DNA of 64,000 nucleotides, from NCBI GenBank assembly GCA_046704665.1, contig JBJKRJ010000048.1, forward strand, positions 28,829-92,828, read 5' to 3'. Made by a program: the position numbers and the translations under genes. The notes under the pieces are model-generated. The model had not been told where the DNA came from. It made no database searches and saw nothing but the letters and a program-made list of their open reading frames with translations. Below are positions 10,083-18,741 of the stretch, piece by piece (position 1 is the stretch's first letter; each line of letters begins with the position of its first letter). Source of the stretch: Thermoplasmata archaeon (lineage in GTDB: Archaea > Thermoplasmatota > Thermoplasmata > Lutacidiplasmatales > UBA184).

Positions 10083-10181
10083 TGCTCCCGGCGGGATTCG
10101 AACCCACGTCGGAGGGTATCCTCGGCGTCCGAAGGGCGCCTCGAAGGCCCTCTATCCTTGACCGGACTAGACTACGGGAGC
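10083..10181 (-). tRNA. tRNA-Glu(UUC) with 24-nt intron at 37/38 (intron 10118-10141)
   Basis: Acceptor GCTCCCG/CGGGAGC plus A73; D-arm GTCT/GGAT; anticodon stem GAGGG/CCCTC; T-loop TTCGAAT; BHB (CCTT:GAGG helix with two 3-nt bulges); no encoded CCA. Confidence 0.9.
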
Positions 10182-10262
10182 ATGGGGCCGCCGGCCCGAG
10201 CAGTCGGTCCGAGGCTTGAAGTGTTGCCCCGGTCCCCGGCGGAGAACCCCCGAATCCCGAGG

Positions 10263-10997
10263 TCACTGCCCCCGGGGCCGCTCGAGGGCGTACGGCTGGT
10301 ACGGGTGACGCGGAATGTACTCGGCCCGTCGCTGGCCGGTGACCGCGTAGATCGTACGTTCGGCGATCTTGCAGGCGTTGTCCGCGATCCGCTCGAAGTG
10401 GCGCGCGACGAGCAGATCGCCCGAGAGCCGCTGGGCCGACATGGGGTCATGAACCATCTCCCGGATACAGACCCGGGTCGCCTGGCGGTGGAGGCGGTCC
10501 ACCTCGTCATCCCGCACGAACAGTTCCCGAGCGATCGCTTCGTCGGCCTTGGTGAGCGCCTCGAGCGCCCGGTGGACGATGACCTCGACCGCCCGGTCCA
10601 TGGTGTCGAGGAGCTCGGTGATTTCGGCCACGTCGGGGGCCTCCATCGGGGTCGTGATCCGGGCCATGTCGAACCCCAGGCGTCCCATCCGGTCGAGATG
10701 GGTTGTCACCTTGAGGAGGGCTGCGGCGGTGCGCAGGTCGCCGGCCTTCGGCTGCCGCAGGACGAGGAAGCTGATGACCTCGTGCTCGATGGCCTGGTCG
10801 TACTGGTCCAGCTGGGTGTCCCGGTCGAGCACCTTCTGTGCCAGATCGAGGTCGCCGGCCCGGAAGGCCCGCCAGCCATCGTGTACCATGCCGAGCGCCC
10901 ACTGCCCCATCTCCTCGGCCCGCTTCCTCAGCCGCCCGAGGTCGGCGTCGAGCCCTCGGCTCTCCTCGCTCTTCGGTGGGTCGTGTGCTTCCGTCAT
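10263..10997 (-). CDS. phoU: Phosphate signalling protein PhoU
   Basis: DTQLDQ, QPKAGDLR, LDRMGRL, DDEVDRLH, FERIADNACKIAE; follows pstB with ATGA overlap. Confidence 0.92.
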   Translation of the reverse strand: MTEAHDPPKSEESRGLDADLGRLRKRAEEMGQWALGMVHDGWRAFRAGDLDLAQKVLDRDTQLDQYDQAIEHEVISFLVLRQPKAGDLRTAAALLKVTTHLDRMGRLGFDMARITTPMEAPDVAEITELLDTMDRAVEVIVHRALEALTKADEAIARELFVRDDEVDRLHRQATRVCIREMVHDPMSAQRLSGDLLVARHFERIADNACKIAERTIYAVTGQRRAEYIPRHPYQPYALERPRGQ

Positions 10998-11773
10998 CCG
11001 AATCTCCCGGTGATGTACTCCTGCGAAAGCCGTTCCCTGGGTCGCTCGAAGAACTCCTCCGTCGGGCCCTCTTCGATGAGCCGCCCCTGGTAGAGGAACG
11101 CGGTCCGGCCCGCGACCCGGGCCGCCTGCTGCAGATTGTGGGTCACGATAATGACGGCGAAATCGGCGCGGAGCTCGGTCAGGAGCTCCTCGACCCTCTG
11201 CGCCGCGATCGGGTCGAGCGCGCTCGTCGGCTCGTCGAGCAGCAGTACCCGCGGCTCGATGGCGATGGCCCGTGCGATGCACAGCCGCTGTTGCTGCCCG
11301 CCCGACAGCTCGAGCCCGGGGCGACGGAGGTTCCCCTCCAGTTCGTCCCAGAGGCCCGCCCGGCGCAACGAGGAGACCACGGTACGCTCGACCGTATCCT
11401 CGTCCGTGCGCAGTAGGCGTAGACCGAACGCCACGTTCTCGTAGATCGAAAGGGGAAAGACGGCCGGCCGCTGAAAGACCATGCCGATCCGCTGGCGGAC
11501 GAGCACCGGGTTCACCGCCGGCGAATAGATCTCCTGCCCCCGGTAGCGGACCGAGCCCTTCACGGTGAGGTTCCGGCTGGTCTCGACCATCCGGTTGAGG
11601 GTGCGGATGAGGGTGGTCTTGCCGCAGCCCGACGGCCCGATGATGCCGGTCACCTGCTTATCCGCAAAATCGAGCGAGATATCGGAAAGTATCACCCGGT
11701 CCGGGGCACGCACCGTGAGGTGCTCGACGCTCAGGACGGGCGGTTCGAGGCCGGACGATCCGTTGTTCATCAT
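10994..11773 (-). CDS. pstB: Phosphate ABC transporter ATPase
   Basis: GPSGCGKTT, LSGGQQQRLCIARA, LDEPTSALDP, YITGRFG. Confidence 0.95.
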   Translation of the reverse strand: MMNNGSSGLEPPVLSVEHLTVRAPDRVILSDISLDFADKQVTGIIGPSGCGKTTLIRTLNRMVETSRNLTVKGSVRYRGQEIYSPAVNPVLVRQRIGMVFQRPAVFPLSIYENVAFGLRLLRTDEDTVERTVVSSLRRAGLWDELEGNLRRPGLELSGGQQQRLCIARAIAIEPRVLLLDEPTSALDPIAAQRVEELLTELRADFAVIIVTHNLQQAARVAGRTAFLYQGRLIEEGPTEEFFERPRERLSQEYITGRFG

Positions 11774-12690
11774 TCGTAGAGCCCCCGCAAGCGTCGCCGG
11801 TACCGATCGGAGAGGATCTGCACCGCAACATTCAGTGCGAGTATGATCACGAAGAGCAGGAACGCGGCCTGGAACGCGAGCGTGAGGAACGAGCCCAGGC
11901 TCTGCGGGAAGTCGTAGAAGCTCCAGATGGCCCCGGAAAGGAACGCGGTCTGGTCCAGCAGCCCGCTCACCGGGGTCGAGCTCCACCCGGCGGTGTAGAT
12001 CAAGAGCGAGGCCTCGCCGAAGCCCAGCGCCATCGCGAAGAAGACGCCGGTGAGGATCGTCGGGAGCGCGATGGGGAAGGCGATGCGCAACAGGTACTGG
12101 TGCCGTCGGCTCCCGACCGCCAGGGCGGCCTCACGCTGGGCGGCCGGGACCGAGCTGAGGGCGACATCCGTGGTCCGGTAGATGTAGGGCGTCATGAAGA
12201 TCCCAAGGGTGATCCCGCCGGCGAGCACCGTGTATCCCCAGCCCGTATACAGCACGAGCAAAAAGTAACCGAAGTAGCCGAGCACGATGGCCGGAACGCC
12301 GGCCAGCACATTGCCCGCGATGCGGGCGAGCCGGGCTACGCGCGGCGGGGCGTATTCGCTCGTGTAGAAACCCGCCACGAGTCCGATCGCCGAACCGAAG
12401 GCGGTCGCGAGCCCGATGAGGACGAAGGTGCCGATGATCATCGCATAGAGCCCTCCGCCGAACCCGACCTGGTTCTCCGTGAGGGTTCCGATCGAGAAGG
12501 TCGGCAGTGCCTTGGCCGAGATCCAGTAGACCATGTCGCCGAGCGGCACGAAGACCGCCGCGAACGCGAGAAGGAGCGCCCAGCCGATCACCCGGTCAAA
12601 GGCCAGACGTCGGCGGAGCCGACCGGAAGGGACCAGAAGCTCGTGGTCCGGGATCGGGGCCGGTGTCCCTCGCACGATGGCGGAGGTCAC
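11770..12690 (-). CDS. pstA: Phosphate ABC transporter permease
   Basis: LAGVPAIVLG, EAALAVG; operon position. Confidence 0.9.
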   Translation of the reverse strand: MTSAIVRGTPAPIPDHELLVPSGRLRRRLAFDRVIGWALLLAFAAVFVPLGDMVYWISAKALPTFSIGTLTENQVGFGGGLYAMIIGTFVLIGLATAFGSAIGLVAGFYTSEYAPPRVARLARIAGNVLAGVPAIVLGYFGYFLLVLYTGWGYTVLAGGITLGIFMTPYIYRTTDVALSSVPAAQREAALAVGSRRHQYLLRIAFPIALPTILTGVFFAMALGFGEASLLIYTAGWSSTPVSGLLDQTAFLSGAIWSFYDFPQSLGSFLTLAFQAAFLLFVIILALNVAVQILSDRYRRRLRGLYE

Positions 12691-13709
12691 CGTCGCACCT
12701 CCCCCAGGGTCGTCGCGGTCGCAACCTCCGTGTGGGAGAGGATCTGGGCGAGGACATTGACCACGACGGTGATCACGAGGAGCACGAGGGCGATCTCGAC
12801 CAGGAACGTGAGAAGATCCGGCAGGACGAGCGCACTGTCGAGCTGATAGAAGATGAAGGCGGCCATGGTGGTCGACTGGGAGTACAGGCTTCCCGGGACC
12901 TTCGGCACTCCGCCGATGACCATCGCGACCGCGACGCTCTCGCCGATGGCGCGGCCGAATCCCAGAAGGATGGCGCTCCAGAGACCGAGGCGGGCGTAGC
13001 GCATACGCACCCGGCGCGTGACCTCCCAGCGCGTGCTCCCCAGCGCGAGCCCGGCGTCCACGAGTTCGCGGGGGACATTACTGAGGGCATCGCGCATGAG
13101 CGCGGTCGTGAGCGGAATGATCATGACCATCAGGAGGAACACGGCGAGGAGGATCCCCCAGGCACCGATCGCTGAGGTCGGGCCCCCGAATCCCGGTATC
13201 CAGAACAGCACGTCTCGCAGCGCGGGCTCGACGGTCAGCCCGAAATAGGGACCGACGATGACGAACCCCCAGATCCCGACGACGACGCTCGGGATCCCGG
13301 CGAGCAGGTTGGTGACGATCGTCAGGATGCGGCCCGGGAGAGAGGGGAGATACGCGACGATCGAGATCGAGATCGCGAGACTGAGGGCGGTCGCGAGGAT
13401 TAGGGAAAGGCCCGCCGTGAGCGCGCTGCCGAGGACGTAGGTCCCGATCCCCCAGCTCGAACCGGCGTAATCGTTGGGAATGAAGTTGTAGTAGATGCCC
13501 CAGAACGTGGCTCCAAAATTGTGCAGGTGGCTCGCATAGAGCAGGACCGCAGTGACCACGCCAATGAGGATGAGCGGGAGAAGCGCGATCGGGCTGGTCA
13601 CCCAGGCCCGCCAGTCCCGGCCGCTCGTCCCCTTGGGCGAGGGGGAAGGAGGGGGCGGAGGGACCGAATCCCCCGCCCCGGGAACGGGTTCGCCGTCGGC
13701 CGATTTCAC
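12687..13709 (-). CDS. pstC: Phosphate ABC transporter permease
   Basis: LLAGIPSVVVGIWG, ALGSTRWE, GRAIGESVAVAMVIG. Confidence 0.92.
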   Translation of the reverse strand: MKSADGEPVPGAGDSVPPPPPSPSPKGTSGRDWRAWVTSPIALLPLILIGVVTAVLLYASHLHNFGATFWGIYYNFIPNDYAGSSWGIGTYVLGSALTAGLSLILATALSLAISISIVAYLPSLPGRILTIVTNLLAGIPSVVVGIWGFVIVGPYFGLTVEPALRDVLFWIPGFGGPTSAIGAWGILLAVFLLMVMIIPLTTALMRDALSNVPRELVDAGLALGSTRWEVTRRVRMRYARLGLWSAILLGFGRAIGESVAVAMVIGGVPKVPGSLYSQSTTMAAFIFYQLDSALVLPDLLTFLVEIALVLLVITVVVNVLAQILSHTEVATATTLGEVRR

Positions 13710-13731
13710 AACGCCACCTTCGAGTTCGCTC

Positions 13732-14976
13732 CTAGGTCGAGCTCGTGGGCACGGAGCCCAGGGCCTGGATCGTGTACCCCACGACCTCCGCCGTCAGCGG
13801 GAGGAAGTGCGCGGACGCCGCGTACTTCGCCCCGTGCAGCAGCGCCCAGGTCAGGAACGTCACGACCCATGTCTGGTGGGACGCGCTGTGCGGGCTCGTC
13901 GAGATCAGGAGGTACTCGAGGTTGGTGTCCGGATACGGGTGCACGCCGGCGGGGGCGAGGGTCCCGCCATGCCCCAGCTGCAGGTTGGTCGCGCCCGGTA
14001 CGCCGCCGAGGATCAAGCTGATCGCGACGCTCGGTGGCTGGAGGTTCACCAGCGCAAGGTTCGCATCCGCACTGATGTTCTGGGGCGTGGGCAGGATGTA
14101 GTTCGCCTGACCGGCGCCGCTCGCGCTGACCGTCCCGTTGATGTTCGCGTTCTGGTCGCCGAGCGCCGCATACGGGAGGTTGTCGGCCTGCATCTGGGCG
14201 AGGTAGCTGATCCCGATGTACGCGATCCCGTAGGGGGTGTTGTGCAGTCCCGTGACCATGCCGGAGTTACCGGACTCACCCGTGCCGACCGGCCAGGTGA
14301 TCGTGGTCGCATAGCCCTGCTTCCATCCGGACCAGGACATGTAGCACAGCGACGTGAACAGGAACGTGTCGCCGCTGCCATCCTGCCGGTGGACCGTCTG
14401 GATCGTGTTCGACGGGAGGTTCACCCCGGGGTTTGCCGCCTGGATGAGCGGGTCGTTCCAGTGCGTGATCACGCCCTGGTAGATCATCGCAAGGACCGTC
14501 CCGTTCAGGTTGAGGTGGCCCGAGATCCCCGGAAGGTTGTAGGCGACGAGCTGCGAGGAGATCGCGATGGGCACGTTGATCAGGTGGTGGGCCGTCGCGT
14601 TGTCGGTAGTGAGGTAGCCGTCGGTCCCGCCCACATCCACGGTCCCCGCGATCGCGGAGCTGATACCCGTGCCGCTGCCCGTAGACGCCGGCGAAAGGTG
14701 CACGTTCGGATAGAGCGACGTGAAGTTCGGCGAGAGGATCTGGAGGTACGGAAAGATCAGGCTCGACCCCGTCTCCGTGATGGTGACGGACGACTTGGAC
14801 GCGCCCGCCCCATAATAGTCGCCGACGGCGAATCCGGCCCCGATCCCTACGAGCAAGAGGACGACGGCGATCGTGATGACGATGCCGGCCCCCAACATAC
14901 GTCGTCGGGACCCGCGGGGCGTTGGGCCCGTCAGGCGGTCGTTCGGCGTCGGTGGGCTCGCTCCGGAACTACTCAT
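13732..14976 (-). CDS. pstS: Phosphate-binding protein
   Basis: N-terminal anchor; ETGSSL, TGSGTGI, HRQDGSGDT, IAYIGISY. Confidence 0.93.
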   Translation of the reverse strand: MSSSGASPPTPNDRLTGPTPRGSRRRMLGAGIVITIAVVLLLVGIGAGFAVGDYYGAGASKSSVTITETGSSLIFPYLQILSPNFTSLYPNVHLSPASTGSGTGISSAIAGTVDVGGTDGYLTTDNATAHHLINVPIAISSQLVAYNLPGISGHLNLNGTVLAMIYQGVITHWNDPLIQAANPGVNLPSNTIQTVHRQDGSGDTFLFTSLCYMSWSGWKQGYATTITWPVGTGESGNSGMVTGLHNTPYGIAYIGISYLAQMQADNLPYAALGDQNANINGTVSASGAGQANYILPTPQNISADANLALVNLQPPSVAISLILGGVPGATNLQLGHGGTLAPAGVHPYPDTNLEYLLISTSPHSASHQTWVVTFLTWALLHGAKYAASAHFLPLTAEVVGYTIQALGSVPTSST

Positions 14977-15049
14977 AGCGTGGTGTTCCTCCTGGGCCGA
15001 CTTGGGGGTCGGCGGTTTCGTTCATCGGGGGCGACGACTCGGGCGGATG

Positions 15050-15115
15050 ATATATAGAAAGTCACTTTAGACTGTATAGTTGACAATAGGTAGATATTTG
15101 CGACAGACTGTCAAC
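15050..15115. promoter_or_regulatory. AT-rich pstS promoter with repeats (candidate phosphate-regulatory sites)
   Basis: TATATAGAAA; inverted GTTGACA (15079-85)/TGTCAAC (15109-15); direct AGACTGT at 15069 and 15105. Confidence 0.5.
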
Positions 15116-15174
15116 CGTGGAGACCGTAGTCCCGGTCGAGGCACAGCGGCTTAGGCCCGCGGCCGTTCGACGCG

Positions 15175-15990
15175 ATCACGACGCGCTGGCTCGTTCGGTT
15201 CGGATACGATGGGGCCTCCTTCGCGGGGTGGGCCCGGCAGCCCGGCCTGCGAACGGTGGAGGGCGAGATCCACCGATACCTGGACCGCCATCCGCAGGTC
15301 GGCCTTCGTCGATCGGTCGAGGTCGCGAGCCGGACCGACCGGGGGGTCAGTGCGGTCGGTAACGCGCTCGCGGTCACCTCCGACCTCTCGGGACCGAAGC
15401 TCCTGGGTGCGCTCAACGGGATCGACCCCTCGATCTACGCCACGGCGGTCTCGGAGGTGCCGGTCCCGTTCCGGGTCCGAGGGGCCCGCCTCCGGGAGTA
15501 TCGGTACTTCGAACCCCGAGCCCTGCGGGATCCCGACCGAGTCCGAGCGGCCGCCCGCGCCTTCACGGGCCGGGTCGACGTGCGTTCCTTCGGCCGGGGG
15601 ATTCCATCCACCGTTCCGTCCGTGAGAGAGGTCGGGTCCGTCGTCGTCGAGGAGGACGGCGTCGGGACCCTCTATGTGGTCCGTGCGCCGTCCTTCGTCT
15701 GGGGGATGGTGCGCAAGATCGTCGGGGCGTTGCGAGAGATCGACGCCGGCCGGCTGACCCTCGGTCGTCTCACCGGGGCGATCTCGGGACGGGAGCGCCT
15801 GACCCTCCCGATGGCCGAGCCCGAGCCGCTCGTCCTCTGGGAGGTGCAGTACACCGTGCCCTGGCAGTATCGCTGGGACGGACCGAGCCGCCGTCAACGG
15901 TTCGCCTCTGAGCTCGCCCGTTCCCGGGCGGCCCTGCGCCAACGAGTGCTCGGCGCCCTCGCGGGCGAGTTCCCTCTCGGCCCGAGCTGA
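15175..15990 (+). CDS. truA: tRNA pseudouridine(38-40) synthase
   Basis: FGYDGASFAGWARQP, ASRTDRGVSA, REYRY, SFVWGMVRKIVG; start placed tentatively at ATC 15175. Confidence 0.88.
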   Translation: MTTRWLVRFGYDGASFAGWARQPGLRTVEGEIHRYLDRHPQVGLRRSVEVASRTDRGVSAVGNALAVTSDLSGPKLLGALNGIDPSIYATAVSEVPVPFRVRGARLREYRYFEPRALRDPDRVRAAARAFTGRVDVRSFGRGIPSTVPSVREVGSVVVEEDGVGTLYVVRAPSFVWGMVRKIVGALREIDAGRLTLGRLTGAISGRERLTLPMAEPEPLVLWEVQYTVPWQYRWDGPSRRQRFASELARSRAALRQRVLGALAGEFPLGPS

Positions 15991-15993
15991 GGA

Positions 15994-17298
15994 TCAGCCG
16001 ACCCGCTCCCAGCGTTCGAGCTTCTGGACCGCGTTCAGGGTCGAGCCCCGCTGGATCTCCTCGCGCACGCGGTTCTCGTGCTCGAGTACGTCGAGGGCCC
16101 GGTTCGCGATCTCCGCCGCCCGCTCGCGCGGGACCACGACGAGGCCGCTCGCGTCCCCGACGACCCAGTCGCCCGGTCGGACCTTCTGGCCCCCGACCAC
16201 GACCTCGACCCCGATCTCCCCGTGTCCCTTCGGCTCCCCGGCGTTCGGGCTCAGGTTGCGACTGAACGCGGGAAACCCGAGATCGAGGATCGCGTCGATG
16301 TCACGGATCGCGCCGTCGATCACGACCCCGGCGACCTTGCGTCCGTGCGCGCTCCAGCTCGCGAGCTCTCCCCAGATCGCGGTCGACCCGCCGCCGGCGT
16401 CGATCACGATCACGTCGCCGGCACCGGCCCGGTCGATCGCCTCGACCGGCTTCGCCCAGTCGCCGTCCCGCGTGACGACCGTGACGGCCGGCCCGGCCAT
16501 GCGGACGGTCCGGTCCGTGAGTCGGGGGACGATGCCGACCATCGCGCCCTGCCGCTGCATCGCGTCGGTCACGTTCGGGCTCGAGACCTTCAGGAACGCC
16601 GCACGGACCTCCTCGCCGGCGTAGCGGCGGAAGAGCTCGGTCGCGACCTCCTTCTGGGTCGCGATCGCCTGCCGGATCCGCTCGGTCGCCTCGACGATCT
16701 TCGGGCTCTTCGTGATCGCTCCGCCGACGATGAGGATCTGCGCGCCGGCGCGGGTCGCCTCGGCGACCGTCTCGCTGTTGAGACCCCCCGCGACCGCGAC
16801 CGGGATCGGAGAGGCCCTCGCGAGCTCCGCGAGGACCGCGAACGGCGTCTTCGCCGCCATCTGCATGTCGATCCCGACGTGCCAGCAGACCGCGGCGGCG
16901 CCGAGCTCCGCGGCCCGCTTCGACCGCGCGACCGGATCGGGCACGCCGAGGAGATCGACCACGACCTCGGCCCCGTAGAGCTCGCCGCCCCGCACCGCCT
17001 CCGCGATCGTGTCGTCGTCGGAGGCGCCGAGGACGGTGACGAGGTCGGCGCCCGCCTTCGCGGCGATCTCGACCTCGAAGGCCCCGGTGTCCATGACCTT
17101 CATGTCGGCGACGATCCGGCGGTCCGGGAACGCCTTCTTGAGTTCCCGGACGGCGTCCAGACCCTCGCTCTTGATGAGCGGGGTCCCCGCTTCGACCCAG
17201 TCGGCCCCGCCCTCGACCGCCTCTCGTGCGGCCTGGAGGGCGCGGGAGAGGTTCTCGAAGTCCAATGCGACCTGAAGTACGGGTCGCTCGAGCCGCAT
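15994..17298 (-). CDS. hps: 3-hexulose-6-phosphate synthase fused to an RraA/MenG-like domain
   Basis: LQVALD, EAGTPLIKSEG, VADMKVMDTG, VAGGLN; C-terminal AIWGELAS, DGAIRD, VRPGDWVVGD. Confidence 0.88.
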   Translation of the reverse strand: MRLERPVLQVALDFENLSRALQAAREAVEGGADWVEAGTPLIKSEGLDAVRELKKAFPDRRIVADMKVMDTGAFEVEIAAKAGADLVTVLGASDDDTIAEAVRGGELYGAEVVVDLLGVPDPVARSKRAAELGAAAVCWHVGIDMQMAAKTPFAVLAELARASPIPVAVAGGLNSETVAEATRAGAQILIVGGAITKSPKIVEATERIRQAIATQKEVATELFRRYAGEEVRAAFLKVSSPNVTDAMQRQGAMVGIVPRLTDRTVRMAGPAVTVVTRDGDWAKPVEAIDRAGAGDVIVIDAGGGSTAIWGELASWSAHGRKVAGVVIDGAIRDIDAILDLGFPAFSRNLSPNAGEPKGHGEIGVEVVVGGQKVRPGDWVVGDASGLVVVPRERAAEIANRALDVLEHENRVREEIQRGSTLNAVQKLERWERVG

Positions 17299-17320
17299 GG
17301 CCGCTCCGAGGGGGGCCCAG

Positions 17321-17327
17321 ATAATAA
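17321..17327. promoter_or_regulatory. Probable bidirectional TATA box shared by hps and the DNA methyltransferase
   Basis: Only AT island (ATAATAA) in the 53-bp gap, about 25 nt from both divergent starts. Confidence 0.5.
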
Positions 17328-17351
17328 CGCGGTGGGGGGTGCGTCCCGATA

Positions 17352-18149
17352 GTGCCGTCGCCCGAGCCCGGTCAGTTGCGGCTTGTCCGGGGGGATGCCC
17401 GTCGGCCGGACCGGCTGCGGGAGCGGTCGGTGCACCTGGTCGTCACCTCTCCTCCGTACCCGATGATCCCTCAGTGGGACGCGCTCTTCCGTGCCCTGGG
17501 GGCGACCGATTATCCGGGAATGCTGAGGGTGCTCTCGGACGCCTGGCGGGAGTGCTACCGCCTGCTCGTCCCGGGGGGGATCCTCGCCGTCACCATCGGC
17601 GATGCGCTCCGCTCGGACCGGGGCGAGTTCCGCCTCTGGCCGAACCATGCCGAGACGCTGGTAGCCGCGACCTCCGCGGGGTTCACGCCTCTTCCGTACC
17701 TCCTCTGGAAGAAGCCGACCAACAAACCGAACGCGTTCCTCGGCTCCGGGTTCCTCCCCCCGAACGCCTACGTGACACTCGACTGCGAGTTCATCCTATT
17801 GTTCCGCAAAGGCTCGCTGCGCCGGTTCGCCGCCCACGACCCGGCCCGCGCGGCGAGCCGGTTCTCACGGGAGGAGCGGGACCGCTGGTTCTCCCAGATC
17901 TGGTCGGATGTCCGGGGCGCGCCGCAGGGTTCGGCCGGCGGACGCACCGGGGCGTTCCCGGACGAACTCGCCGAACGCCTCGTCCGGATGTTCTCGGTCG
18001 TCGGGGATACCGTCCTCGACCCGTTCGCCGGCACCGGTACGACGCTGTGGGCGGCGCTCCGTTGGGGCCGTCATGCGGTCGGGATCGAGTGGGACCCGGA
18101 GGTATTCCGACGGCTCAGGGCGACGGCGCGGGCTCGGGGCTACCGATAG
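17352..18149 (+). CDS. Orphan DNA amino-methyltransferase, beta class (N4C/N6A)
   Basis: Motif IV VTSPPY precedes motif I LDPFAGTGTT; AFPDELAERLV. Confidence 0.88.
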   Translation: MPSPEPGQLRLVRGDARRPDRLRERSVHLVVTSPPYPMIPQWDALFRALGATDYPGMLRVLSDAWRECYRLLVPGGILAVTIGDALRSDRGEFRLWPNHAETLVAATSAGFTPLPYLLWKKPTNKPNAFLGSGFLPPNAYVTLDCEFILLFRKGSLRRFAAHDPARAASRFSREERDRWFSQIWSDVRGAPQGSAGGRTGAFPDELAERLVRMFSVVGDTVLDPFAGTGTTLWAALRWGRHAVGIEWDPEVFRRLRATARARGYR

Positions 18150-18687
18150 TAGGCTCGGGAGTCTCTTCGGTCGGCTCCGGGGACGGTGGCAATGGGGGCG
18201 GCCGCGCACGGCGGGGAGGAGGCGGTGAACGGTGGGCGATCTCCTCCTCGACCGCCGCTCTGAGGTACCGGAGGGCCGAGTCGCTGAGCCGGTCCATGTG
18301 CAAGAGCAGGTAGTGGAGATAGAGCCGCTCCGGACGATGGGAGGGTCCGGGAGGCCGGAGGGGACGGCCCTCCGCGTCGACCGGGGGTTGATGGCGCTCC
18401 AGCGTCTCCCGATGGTGCTCGTGCGCCTTCCCGTGGAACTCCCGTCCTGTCGGACCGACGAGCGGAGGGTAGAGGAGACCGATCGGGTCGTCCGGGTCCG
18501 AAAAATCGGGGTCCGGGACCGTGGGCGGTACCGGCTCGGCGTTCTTCTTGCGGAGGTAGGGATGGACGGGCCGTGCGGGGTCCTGGAGCTCCGAGATCGG
18601 TCGCCCGGCGACCTCCTCGACGATCGTCTTCAGGTTCCAGCTCGCCCGGCGGCGGGCCGGACCGTCCGCGGTGGCCTCGTCGCCCAC
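18115..18687 (-). CDS. Hypothetical protein
   Basis: Own TATA (TTTATA on the minus strand, near 18713-18718); ordered-looking segments such as YLHYLLLHMDRLSDSALRYL. Confidence 0.65.
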   Translation of the reverse strand: MGDEATADGPARRRASWNLKTIVEEVAGRPISELQDPARPVHPYLRKKNAEPVPPTVPDPDFSDPDDPIGLLYPPLVGPTGREFHGKAHEHHRETLERHQPPVDAEGRPLRPPGPSHRPERLYLHYLLLHMDRLSDSALRYLRAAVEEEIAHRSPPPPRRARPPPLPPSPEPTEETPEPTIGSPEPAPSP

Positions 18688-18741
18688 GGAAGGCCACCGG
18701 CGGCTTCGGCCGTATAAACCTCGCTTTCGACGGGCAGACGG

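Noticed and set aside
10141..10147. Reading the tRNA as Arg(UCG)
   Set aside because: That register breaks the GAGGG/CCCTC stem and the BHB geometry, and A20 is absent; Glu-type elements are present.
10015..10266. N-terminal extension of the cyclase ORF (739 aa in the track)
   Set aside because: It runs through the tRNA gene; the real start is probably GTG 10014.
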